Source: Candidatus Saccharimonadota bacterium (lineage in GTDB: Bacteria > Patescibacteriota > Gracilibacteria > BD1-5 > UBA6164). From it: a stretch of DNA of 32,000 nucleotides. The first letter of the stretch is position 1. Each line of letters starts with the position of its first letter. Positions 11,156-22,067 of the stretch are shown one piece after another. Where the stretch lies: positions 1,110,001-1,142,000 of the forward strand of contig CP042461.1 of assembly GCA_004563595.2 (NCBI GenBank). The letters run 5' to 3'. The notes under the pieces are model-generated. The model was not told the origin of the DNA. It worked only from the letters and a program-made list of their open reading frames with translations, and searched no databases. The translations under genes and the position numbers were made by a program.

Positions 11156-11809
11156 TTAGATTATCTCCTCCATAATCATCTCAGTTATATCTTCAATATT
11201 TCTCATCTCTCCAGCTTCTTCACAGTCAATTTTCACCCAATCAGAGTGAGATTCTACGACTTCCATTGCAGAGGCATGAGCATTTTTGAGATGATCTACA
11301 TCTTCTTCATGGAGATCCATTTTTTTTCATCATTTCAAATATTCCCTTTCTTCTTTTTTGAGAACAAGTTTTTGACTCATTTGAGGGCTTACATTTAAAA
11401 AGATAGTTTTATCTGGTTTTGGAATTCAAAATATATTATATTCAAGATCTTCTAACCATTCAATAAACTCTTTTCTTTCATTTTTATCAGAGATTTTCCC
11501 TGCTTGATGAATAGTATTCGCAGAAACATATCTATTTGATATGATATAATCATAGTTTTTAAAATCAGATTGAACATCTACATATGCCTGAAACCTATCA
11601 ATAGCATAAAAAATAGATGCTTGCTTTGGATTTACTTCTTTCCCATATTCTCCATTAAGATACTTTTCAACCATAAATGCTGATTTTTCTCAGTATCTTG
11701 GAAAATCAAGAATCAATACTGTTTTTCATAGAGATTGTAACTGTTCAGTTACTCGTTTTAATTGTGTTCATTTCCCACTTCCATCTATTCCATCAATGAC
11801 TATAAACAT
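11156..11809 (-). CDS. tmk: Thymidylate kinase
   Basis: 217 aa. The P-loop is MFIVIDGIDGSGKGTQ (the G following the GK dipeptide is TGA), followed by DFPRYGEKS and DRF...YIISNRY. Confidence 0.85.
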
Positions 11810-11865
11810 AAAATTTTAATTCTATAAATTATAAGATTTTGAGAATTATATATGTTTATAGGAAT

Positions 11866-11897
11866 AAAAAAACTATTTTTTCAAAAATAGTTTTTTT
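11866..11897. terminator. Bidirectional A/T hairpin terminator (copy 1 of a repeated hairpin)
   Basis: AAAAAACTATTTTT c AAAAATAGTTTTTT lies between tmk and the GGDEF gene. A near-identical hairpin recurs at 13397-13425. Confidence 0.5.
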
Positions 11898-11898
11898 A

Positions 11899-13329
11899 TT
11901 ATGCTGCTTCATCAATAAAAAACTCGCGCAATTTTTCTGTCTCTTTACCCCTCATTAATTGAAGATATCTTATATTTTCCTCTATTGTATATATGTCATC
12001 GTCATCCAAACCTCATTTTGATAGTTCTGATACCTTATAGTAAAGAACGTTCATAAAAGTATCAAAAAAATAATCTCATTTTTCTTCACTTTGAAGAAGT
12101 GCAGGAAAAAATTTATCTGAAAATACCTGGTTTGAAATTAATTCTATGATAGCAGGCTTCACAGCTTTTGGACTCAAGGATTTAAACAATGATAACACTC
12201 TATACGCTTCTCATTCGGGGTCCTTGTTCTCTTTGAGCATATCATTTGCAATGGTTAATAAGGATTCCCCATTTTTTGCATTCTCCTTTGAGCTTGTTGC
12301 GTATCAAAACACTAGTCATAATTTTATGTCTTTTCCTGTAAGGTCATTACGAAGGGATAATTCTTCCTCAGAAGATTTTTCGATCCTCTCTACAAAGTTT
12401 TTTATATGTTCGTCTCTATTGTCTTGTGTTGTTCAACCATTGTTAAAGAGTATAAAAAACTCATCTCATCATAATCTAATAACTCTATCATTTGCTCTGA
12501 CACAACTTTCTAAAAACCTCGCAACTTTTATAAGTGCTTTATCTCAAAAGAGTTGTCAATTTTCATCATTAATTTTTTTAAATGATGAAACATCTATAAA
12601 AATACCTGAATAATCATGCTTTTGCCTGTTTAGTATCTCATTAAAGTATGTAGAATTATACAATCATGTCATCCCATCAGAATACTTTTGTTTCATTTTA
12701 TTTGATTTTTCCTCTATAAGTTTTGAGATATTTTTTCCCTCTAATAAATTTTTTAATACTATTAGGTCATGTTTGTATAATATTTCATCATTTGTTTGTG
12801 ATTCAAAAGTCATAACAATATACTCTTCTCGACCTCATGGAAGTTCAAATTTTACTTGTATACACTCTTCTCAAGATTTGTACGTCTCTCAATCTCATAA
12901 AAATTGTACTCATTCTAAAATTGCATCACTCTTTTTTTTATCAAATTTTTCAATTCTTTCTGCAAACACATCTGAGCTTTCATCTTTTGAAATACATTCT
13001 ATAGCTCATTCTCATACAATATGCTGTACTGAAGAAAGTTGAATATTTTTTATTCTTGAATTCAAGCTTTCCCCTACTACTTTCATATACTCCTCAATTT
13101 CAATTGATCATAAATCATCTGGAGCGAATTCATCCGGGCTTACTCATAGGTCCCTTAATACTGCAGCTGATATTCAGTTTGAATCGCTCAGTTCCAAAAG
13201 TTCTTCTACTTTCATCTTCGAAAATTTGACCAACATTTTCAACTGTTCTTTTTTTTCTTCACGAGGAGTTCATTCTAAAGAGAGTTTTATAAGTGGTCTA
13301 TATTGCATTGAAGTGTTCTTTCAAGTCAT
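11899..13329 (-). CDS. GGDEF-domain diguanylate cyclase with an uncharacterised N-terminal region
   Basis: 476 aa. FIDVSSFKKINDENGQLFGDKALIKVARFLESCVRANDRVIRLGGDEFFILF. Both Gly of GGDEF are TGA TGA (12466-12471, minus strand). An RxxD I-site (RAND) sits 5 residues upstream of GGDEF. Confidence 0.85.
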
Positions 13330-13396
13330 ACAGTGTTCATTATTGTGTTATTCATATAAGAATACTATATTTTTTTATTTAATGCAAAATTATCAC

Positions 13397-13425
13397 AAAA
13401 AAAACTATTTTAAAAATAGTTTTTT
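13397..13425. terminator. A/T hairpin terminator (copy 2 of the repeated hairpin)
   Basis: AAAAAAAACTATTTT aa AAATAGTTTTTT lies 11 nt after the stop of the 125-aa ORF and 68 nt upstream of the GGDEF start codon. Confidence 0.5.
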
Positions 13426-13435
13426 CTTCTTCACT

Positions 13436-13813
13436 TTATTGAAGATCTGTATACATATCAAATTGCTCTTTGGTGAGATTCTCACCTGATTTAAGAATAC
13501 TCTCAAACCTCCCCATCAACACGACTTCTGTGATTTCTTTATGCTTTTGAAGTGTCCCTCTATTGTTATTAGAAGGAGAAGATAATAACTCTCCATATGC
13601 CTCAATTATTTTTTCGGTTGATAGTCAACTCATACTCTCTTTAAATTTTTCAAATGCTTCATCCACCACATCTATTAGAGGAGGTTTTTTAGGAGCAGCT
13701 AATGCCTCTAACATCCTTTTTCTTGTAAAACCAAGTGGTTTCATAACACTTATTTTTGATGCTTTATCCCCTTTATCCACTATATTGTTGTTTTTTATAT
13801 TATTACCTCCCAT
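13436..13813 (-). CDS. Hypothetical protein (125 aa)
   Basis: MGGNNIKNNNIVDKGDK...EAFEKFKESMSGLSTEKIIEAYGELL...FDMYTDLQ*. One in-frame TGA. No family recognised. Confidence 0.5.
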
Positions 13814-13924
13814 AATAAATAATTATATACTAAGATTTCACTGATATGCAGCTTCTGATACCCACTATATCTTATTAATGCAATTAGGTCAAATTAGCCC
13901 TCTTTTATTTTCTCACATGGATTT

Positions 13925-13953
13925 TTGAAAAATCTAAACCTTTATGATACAAT
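13925..13953 (+). promoter_or_regulatory. Candidate sigma-70 promoter (TTGAAA-17 nt-TACAAT)
   Basis: TTGAAA at 13925-13930, a 17-nt spacer ending in TGa, and TACAAT at 13948-13953. If functional, transcription would start near 13960 and the downstream ORF would begin at ATG 13973 rather than ATG 13952. Confidence 0.3.
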
Positions 13954-14713
13954 GAAGGAAACTTTATTACATATGTATAGTATTATGTGAAACGCACCAG
14001 ACTTTTATGATGGTTTTTTAGAAAATACTGAAATAAATGGAAAAATAAAAGAATTAGTTAATGATTACATTGGACAAAAAACATGAACTAATATCTCAAA
14101 TATTATTAAACAAAATATTTTTGATGAAGCATCTAAATTGTCAAAAAATGAACGAGCAGCTTTAAGAGAGGTTTTTATGAAATCAGCACTCAGTTTATCA
14201 TGAGATGATAAAATACAATATTATGAGCTTGCTGCCGGGTTACATAATCTACAATCAACTACAGAGATAAATGAAAAACCTACAGGGATTGATTTTAGCA
14301 TCACCCAAGCAACAGCAGAAATAAAAACGCTTGACTGAAAAAAAGATTATATATTAAATCAAAGATGAGATCCAGTCTTTACACAAATCTGAGAAAATAT
14401 ATATAGTGTAATAATGAACTTTAAAAGAGACTCTAGTAGTAGCCTGAAATGAAATAAAAATATTCATCTAACATTTCGTTACAATTGAAAAAAAATATTG
14501 TTTTTTAACGACAAAGATTCAAATTGACTGTTAGACAAAAATGAATGATGAACAATAATTAAAGTCCCTTTTAAAGAAGGGACAACAATTGATAAAATAA
14601 ATTGAAAACCATATATCCATAACGAGGGTATTGATATGAAAATTAATCTCTGAAGAAAAGCCATCACAGAACCTCTTATAAGAAGTTTAAATTTAACTCT
14701 TTCTTTTAATTAA
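13952..14713 (+). CDS. Hypothetical protein (253 aa; alternative start at 13973)
   Basis: First in-frame ATG after TAG 13895-13897. MKETLLHMYSIMGNAPDFYDGFLENTEINGKIKEL...LIRSLNLTLSFN*. About 15 in-frame TGA codons. No family recognised. Confidence 0.5.
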
Positions 14714-14716
14714 GAT

Positions 14717-14741
14717 AAAGCTGATTAACTCAGCTTTTTTC
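14717..14741 (+). terminator. Rho-independent terminator
   Basis: AAAGCTGA ttaac TCAGCTTT is followed by a T-run, 4 nt after the stop codon. Confidence 0.6.
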
Positions 14742-14798
14742 TTTACAAAAAATATAAAGCAATTATTATAAATATAATTTAAAACTAAGCAGAAAAAT

Positions 14799-16469
14799 GT
14801 GGGTATAGTTGAACAATTAGAGTGAGCAATAGATATCGTTGACCTTGTGCAAAAGTATTCAAAGATAAAAAAAGCATGAGTAAACTATAAGGGGTTGTGT
14901 CCATTTCCTGGGCATAATGAGAAAACCCCGAGTTTTATGGTGAGCCCCGCAAAACAAATTGCTTATTGTTTTTGATGCCATAAATGATGAGGGCCGGTAA
15001 AGTTTGTTATGGATATTGAAAATACTGAGTTTAAAGATGCGATTGAAGTACTCTGAAATTTAACTGGTATAGCTGTAAATACCAACTTTGATAAAGAAAA
15101 ATATAAAGCTCAGAAAAATCTCTACTCACTTTATAAAGATGCAGCTAACTACTACAAATCAAGTCTATCAAAACACCCAGAAATCAAAAAATACCTAATG
15201 GAAAGGGGGTTTAACGAAGAATCAATAACAAATTTCCACCTTTGATATTCTAATAGTTGATTAGAGCTTTATAATTATTTGAGAGAAAAATGATATGATG
15301 ATAAAATTATTGAAGAATCAAAAATCTTCCTAGATATCAGAACAAAAAAAGACAAATTTATAAATAGAGTTATTTTCCCTATTCAAAATGCAAGATGAGA
15401 TTTTGTAGCGTTTACATGAAGAGTTTTATGAGTTTGAGAACCAAAATATCTGAACTCACCAGCTTCAGATATTTATGACAAATCGGCAATCCTATATGGT
15501 CTCTACACAGCTAAAAATCAAATAACAAAAAGTGATTTTGTTATTGTCACAGAATGAAACCCCGACACTATAGCTATGCAACAATATGGTTTTTTCAATA
15601 CAGTTGCAGTTTCTGGAACCGCGCTTACAGAAAAACATCTTGTAATCCTAAAAAGACTTACTCATAAAGTATATCTTTGCTTTGATAACGATAAAGCTTG
15701 AGAAAAAGCTACTAAATCATCACTTGAAATGCTCAAAAACAAAGACCTAGAAGTAAAGGTGATCTCTTTACAATGAGGTAAAGACCCTGATGAGATATTA
15801 ACCAGTTGAGGTGATTTTCAAATACTTATTGATAAAGCTGAAAGCCCTATTTGATACTATATTGCAAAAGCTAAATTTGATGTTACCAGTATTGAAGAAA
15901 AAAGAAAACTTTTAAAAGAGCTTCTTGATATTGTAAAATCATACTCTGATAATATTGAGAAAGATTTTTATTTAAAAGAAATTTCAAGGCTTCTTGATAT
16001 CAATACAAAGATTGTATATGATCTTTTTAATAGGGTAAAATTTACAACAGAAAAAAAATGAGATTGAGAAAAAAACAATAAGGCTCTCACGAGTGAAGAA
16101 CTTGCAATATGAAACATTTTAATAGATGAAAAGCATAGTGCTTTTTTTAAAAAACACATAGTATTCACAGACTGACTTCACCCAGACTTACTCAAAGCAC
16201 TTGAAAAATGACCTCACTTTATAAATGACATTAGCTTAGATCAAAAAGAAAGATATAGAGGTATATCTTTACAAATCGAAGAAGAAAATAAATTAAAAAC
16301 AGAAAATAATTCTGAAATTGAGCTCGAAAAACTTACTTTAGGGATCAATCGTGATATGTATAAAAAGATGGTAAATGACCTCAAGAATAAGATGAAAAAA
16401 TGAGACACAAATGCCTTCACGAAATATAGTGAAATAGCGAAAATAGCAAAAGACTTATGAATAAAATAA
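14799..16469 (+). CDS. dnaG: DNA primase
   Basis: 556 aa. The zinc ribbon reads [38 protein letters not shown]. The TOPRIM domain reads [28 protein letters not shown]...CFDNDKAGEKA. No in-frame ATG lies between TAA 14776-14778 and the conserved N-terminus, so GTG 14799 is the proposed start. The whole frame was hand-scanned and has no TAA/TAG. Confidence 0.82.
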
Positions 16470-16544
16470 AACTTGCCTAAAAAAGATTATTTTATATAAT
16501 AAGAGCCGAAAAAGAGAATAAAAATAATGAATTATGCTTTTTGC

Positions 16545-16576
16545 TCCTTCTTAAAAAATAATAGAAGGAATTTTTT
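16545..16576 (+). terminator. Weak hairpin terminator or attenuator between dnaG and rpoD
   Basis: TCCTTCT (11-nt loop) AGAAGGA is followed by aTTTTTT. A TATAAT hexamer at 16578-16583 follows directly, 34 nt before the rpoD ATG. Confidence 0.35.
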
Positions 16577-16616
16577 GTATAATTATGTGATTTTAAATAT
16601 TTAATATCCATACTGA

Positions 16617-17990
16617 ATGACTAAAAGTACAGATCCAAAAAAAGGAAATAACGGTATAGAAGAAATAAATTTAGATGAACTAAAAGTTGATGTTTTAAAG
16701 CAAAATGAAATAGAAAAATTTGATTTTGAGGAACCGACTATGGGTGAACTCAAAGAAGAAGAAATATTAATTAAAGAAGAAGATTGAAAAGATATTGTAT
16801 GAGCATTAAAAAAAGAAAAATGAGGAAATAAGCTTCCAAAAGATAGAGAAGAAGATAAAAGAAGGCTTTGAAAATGACTCAAAAACTTCATAGATATAAA
16901 AGTTGATGATGCACTGCTCGAATGAATGCCTGATGAGATTCAGGAGCTCATGAAACAATGAAAAAAAGATGGTCGCGTTACTCAAGATGAAGTAATGGCT
17001 GCTATTCCAAATGCTGAAGAAGACTTAGAATTACTAGACGAAGTGTATACAAGGTTTCTTCAACTTAAAATTGAGATCGTAGATAACCTCGATAAAGAAA
17101 ATCTTTTTGAAACTGAGAAAAAAATAGCTAAAAAATCAGATGGGAAACAATCAATTTCTCTTTCAGAAATTAGTGATGATTCAATTAGAATGTACCTCAA
17201 TGAAATTTGAAGAGTTGACCTTCTGAGTTCAGAGCAAGAAATTACACTTGGGAAAAGAATTAGAGCCTGAGATCAAGAGTCAAGAAAACAACTTGCTGCT
17301 GCAAACCTAAGGCTTGTTGTTTCTATTGCAAAAAAATATATGGGGAGAGGACTTGGACTCCTTGACCTTATCCAAGAATGAAATGTATGACTTTTTAGAG
17401 CAGTAGATAAATTTGATCCACATAAATGATTCAAATTTTCAACCTACGCTACTTGGTGGATTAGACAATGAGTAACCAGAGCAATTGCAGATCAAGCAAG
17501 AACTATTAGAGTCCCTGTTCATATGATCGAAACAATTAATAAATTTACTCATACATATAGAAGACTCACTCAAGAATTAACTCGTGAGCCCCTCATGGAA
17601 GAGCTTGCTACCGAGCTTGATATGGATATCAGAAAAGTAAGACAAATCATGAGGATTTCTCAAGATATACTCTCGCTTGATGCTCCTGTATGATCAGAAG
17701 AAGATACTTCCCTCTGAGACTTTATCGAAGATGATAAAAACCCTACTCCAGACGCTCAAACAAACATGAATCTTCTGAAAGATAATCTCTATGATATGTT
17801 AGATTTTCTTACTCCTCGTGAAAGAAAAATTATCATCATGAGGTTTGGTCTCAATTGAGGTGATGTACATACTCTTGAAGAAGTTTGAAAAGAATTCTGA
17901 GTAACCAGAGAAAGAATAAGACAAATTGAAGCAAAAACTCTTGAAAAATTAAAAGAACATCCAAATGCAGATAAAATTAGATTCTTCTAA
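16617..17990 (+). CDS. rpoD: Primary RNA polymerase sigma factor (sigma-70 family)
   Basis: 457 aa. It has an acidic N-terminal region, then [54 protein letters not shown] (EGN and VGL Gly are TGA at 17379-81 and 17388-90; WW is TGG TGG at 17454-59). Further motifs: [13 protein letters not shown] and [22 protein letters not shown]. Confidence 0.93.
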
Positions 17991-18002
17991 TTATGCATTT
18001 AG

Positions 18003-18046
18003 ATACACAAAAAAACCAGAATGAATATTCTGGTTTTTTTGTGTAT
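18003..18046. terminator. Bidirectional terminator with a 20-bp perfect stem
   Basis: ATACACAAAAAAACCAGAAT gaat ATTCTGGTTTTTTTGTGTAT lies between convergent rpoD and the surface-protein gene. Its last base is the first base of that gene's stop codon complement. Confidence 0.7.
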
Positions 18047-20832
18047 TAGTCAAATAATGGAGGAGGTGTCAGTTGAATTTTTTGGTTGTATTTTATTACA
18101 ACTGGATAAAAATATTCTTCATCTGTATTTACAAAAACTGAAGTTCATCATTTTGCAGACAGATCTGCAGATGTAATACTCCCATCTAAGTTACTATCAT
18201 ATATAAAGTATCTTCTTAAATAATTCAAATCATACTTTTGTGCTGCTTCTAGATCACATACTCCATTAAAATAATATGGACATCCTGGTGGAGTTGTCCT
18301 TGAAGCACCTATGGTATTTTCAGTAAATAGAGTTCCAAGGATATATAGTTGATCTTTTAGTATATCTTGAGTTCATCAACACGATGATGAGATTTCTCAA
18401 GAGGCACATATAAGAGTATTATAACTTAATAATGATTTATCAGCATACATAATAGCGTTTATTTCTGTTACACTTGGATCAACATAGATATTTCAACCAT
18501 TTCCCTCACTATCTTTTAAGATAATTATTCAAAGCAAATGAGATGATGGAGTAATATTTCATGTTATATATACATTTCAACCATATATAACTAATGTTTT
18601 ATTCTCTGATAAGACATTATAGTCTCATAGGTTTATTACTTTATTTTCTCCTGCATCCAATCATGAGAACTTATAATATTCAACTGTGTTATTCATAAGA
18701 TCTCGTTGTGATCAATCTCAACTATGTGGAACATTTTTTATTACTTCAAATACTTTTTTTCTCAAATCTCTTTTAAGAAGAGATTTCGTATTTTTTCAAA
18801 CTATTTGAATATCCTGATTACTTACGATCTGGTTATAATTTTCAGAGTGAATATTTCAATATATTTTAATTCATGTTTGTATTGTATTATCTGTTCATAC
18901 TCATCACCAATAATTTGATTTTCAAATAATATCTGAGTTATAGACAACTGGAATAGTTCAAATTCAGTTTGGAGCTGTAATATTATAGGATATATGCGTA
19001 GATAAGTATGTATTTTGAATATCATCAAGTAAACCTCATGATTGTGTGAGTAATGTATCTAGGTCATAACTGGTAATACCAAAGCTATTTTCAAACAACG
19101 ATGTATTGGATATATTTCACTGATTTCACTCAACAATATTTCATGCTACTCAACTCACTGATAGGTCTATAAGATTTGATATTACCCTTGATCAAGAGCC
19201 AAATTCAAGATAAATATTTCTCAAAGCAGGAGTTACTACTGATGCATTTCTTATAAGCTCAGTTTGAGAAGTCTGTCATGCTCATTCTACGAATCCATAT
19301 TCTAATAAATCTCATGTTATTTGAGTTTTGTATAAAGGCTGGAAAGAGAAAACTACATTACTACTTCCTATTAGCTGAGCCCCTATATTCCCTAAAGTTC
19401 AATTAATATCATATGTAATACTAGAAATACTAAAACTCGAAAATGGATCTGCAAACTCCTTCCCATTTGTTGCAGCTATATCGTATGTTGGTCAATACAC
19501 TTTAAAATCAAAAGGGTAGCTTCCATCTAAAGATGGTTGAGTATTAAATGAAGTATTTCCTGTTGAAAGCCTGTTACTATAACTCGTGTTTGATGGAATA
19601 TTTAAATATACAGCATCTTGTGTTTGAGTGTACTGATTTCTTCTTAAATTATTTATTACATCAAAATTCAGATCTATCGTTCTTCATATTCATGATGCTG
19701 GTATAATTTCATTTCAATATATATCCTCAAGCGTAATAATTAAGTTTTTTGAGCTTCCATCAGCAACATTTGCAGAATTTGATAGTTGATTTGTAGCATT
19801 ACTTGTAGATAAAATTGTATTTGCATATACATTATATGTAAAAGTCTTCAATGCAGTTACACTACTAGATCAATTTTCTATTCATATTTTATTTCCAGCT
19901 TCATCTTCTATATATGTAACCTTAAATCAATATTCTCTTCCTCCCGAAGATAATCTCATTAAATCAACATTTTCAGTAGAATGAGAAAAAATCAAACTTC
20001 AGGTATTCGAAAAATCAATGGTTGATAAATAATCTCCGGTTGCAGAGCTATAATCTTCAAAAAATCATTGTATTTTCACAATAGGAGATCATCATTGCTC
20101 AGAAACAACTACTGAAATATTTTGAGAATTTGTTGCTAACAAATCAGAGTTATCTATTGGTGTTGTATTTCATATATCTGAAGCTGTTGGAGCTGTTTTA
20201 TCAATTTTAACGATTGCTATTCATGAGTAGATATAACCATTTCAGGCAATATCTTTTCATCTAAAACAAATGTATCTCACCCCTTCTGTATTATATATTT
20301 TTCTATAGTCAGTAACCCATGTACCTCCAGAATCACAAGTAAATGGAACAACTGACTCTCTGTATTGATAACTACTAAAATCACATAAACTTCATCATGC
20401 ATCAAAACAGGTAACCGTAACCATTACATTTCATTTTGCCCATGTATCAGTAGTTGATACAGCTCCCCCAACGCTATATCCGATTAATGGGTTTGAGCCA
20501 TCCCATTTAAGACAATGCATCGTTCATGATCATGATCATACGAGTATGGCATTAGTAGTTCCTGAATTTAATAGATCAGTGTTAAAAGAAGGTGTTGGAA
20601 GCAAGCTTCATGAACTATCCGTCACAGATATATCATTATCATAACCAGGTGGTGTTCATCATGTTATATCCCCATCATCTGGGCATATTGTACAAGTGGG
20701 ATCACCTTGAGGACATATTGTAGTTCATGGGTCAGTATATATTACAGCTGTGTTCCCATACCAATTTGCATATGAAAGATTATAACTCCCTAACGAAAGG
20801 AGAAGTAATACGACTCATAATAACTTCCTCAT
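18046..20832 (-). CDS. Large secreted/surface protein (928 aa) with a Cys-rich N-terminal region
   Basis: Sec-type signal peptide MRKLLGVVLLLLSLGSYNLSYA. Cys-rich start TTICPQGDPTCTICPDDGD...MHCLKWDG...VTCFDAGGSLCDF...FTCDSGG...YICF. An Ig-like-domain hallmark, IVKIDKTAPTASD, is followed by long Ser/Thr/Asn-rich beta-like sequence. The C-terminus reads PPGCPYYFNGVCDLEAAQKYDLNYLRRY. All 46 sequence lines were hand-scanned with no in-frame TAA/TAG. An in-frame upstream ATG exists at 20877. Confidence 0.7.
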
Positions 20833-20900
20833 AAAAAAAATATATAGAAATAAATTATATCCTATATATTTTCTCATATTTTGAATATTTTTGCAAATAT

Positions 20901-22010
20901 CTAATACTCCAAATTTGGGTAATTTTTATTTACTTGTTTAAAATGTTCTATTTGTCTTTTTTTTGCACGTATTATGACCTCTGAACTAGGATTTAATTCT
21001 TTCATTAAAGTATCCATTCATAAAATCACATAATCTATTTCCTGAGATATTTCTTCTCATAACTTTGTTAGTTTTGCGTATTTTTTTATTACTTTTTGGA
21101 GAAATTTTGTTTTTATGTGATATAAAACTATTTTTTCTAACCACATCATATTCTCTCATAAATAGCCATTTTTATAAGCCTTCATAATAATATACATTGT
21201 TGGTGCAAAAGCGTGATATCCAAGAAATACTCCATAAATATGTCTCGCATCTGGTCTAATAGCAGAGTAATACTTTTCATCCTTATTATTGAGGATAATT
21301 GGATCAAATTGAAGTAATAGATTTAATTTATTATGCGATGATTCATGAATAATCGCTTCTAAATTATTGATTTCAGGGCAACTTGAATTAATGGTATATC
21401 CTAAATAAATATGACCAATACATTCATTATAACTTGCCGAGTTATGTATTGATTTCGCAGTTCCAAGTGGCACAATTTTCTGAATAATTTGATTGAGTTC
21501 ATCGTAAGTTCATTCATCTATTTGTTGCAATAATCTGAATGTTTTCTCGTAAACTCATAGCCATTCTTCTTCTCATCTTTCTCACCATCACAATATTCAT
21601 CAAGTTGTATGATGGTCAGGGTGTGCTTCAAAGATATTATAGGGATTATTATCTTTAGCCGTAAGCCTCACATTTGTTCATGAAATTTTTTGTCACTGAT
21701 TCATGCAAAGGTTTTTACTCCCAATTCACTCTTCTAAATATATATTTATTTCATTTTTTAATTTTTGTTGTTCTATAGCATAAAATTCCTCACTATCTAG
21801 ATCATTAATAATCAGAAAATTTATTATCCCAGATTGATCAGGGTTTAAGATAAAATCCCTATTTTCAACTATTAAGAGTTCCTCTATCTCTTCTGATAAG
21901 ATTCAGTTATTTCTTAACTTTTCTAAGTGAGAGATGAGCCTTTTATAGTATTTTTCCAAATATTCCTTTAATAAAGCTGAGTTTTTCTGTCAAAGTACGT
22001 AGTATTTCAT
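20901..22010 (-). CDS. HExxH-motif protein resembling aKG-HExxH-type peptide beta-hydroxylases (HEXXH motif domain, TIGR04267-like)
   Basis: 369 aa. MKYYVLGQKNSALLKEYL...IVPLGTAKSIHNSASYNECIGHIYLGY...LEAIIHESSHNKLNLLLQFDPI...YYSAIRPDARHIYGVFLGYHAF. ATG 22010 is the first ATG after TAG 22032-22034; TAG stop at 20901-20903. The assignment rests on the HExxH motif plus the downstream R-P-x-x-R/H-rich segment only. Confidence 0.65.
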
Positions 22011-22067
22011 TTTGATATTTGATGATAAAAACTATAATTGTGTATAATTATATCTTTCAATATTTTT

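Noticed and set aside
12146-12613. The longest ORF in the supplied track (155 aa, plus strand), together with other antisense ORFs (for example 1207-1521, 2023-2414, 6545-6865, 7813-8163, 16601-16891)
   Set aside because: They lie antisense to, or out of frame within, well-supported table-25 genes (the GGDEF gene, aclB/aclA, the TPP-enzyme gene, the response regulator, rpoD). Their translations are low-complexity Ser/Phe/Leu/Ile strings typical of shadow ORFs in AT-rich DNA.
13436-14713. Assigning functions to the 125-aa and 253-aa divergent ORFs
   Set aside because: I could recognise no motif. The coding calls rest only on open frames under table 25, flanking terminators and a candidate promoter.
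20833-20877. An upstream in-frame ATG (20877) as the start of the 928-aa protein
   Set aside because: It would add MRKYIGYNLFLYIFF in front of an already canonical signal peptide (MRKLLGVVLLLLSLG...SYA). ATG 20832 gives the normal n-h-c organisation. I kept 20877 as an alternative, not excluded.
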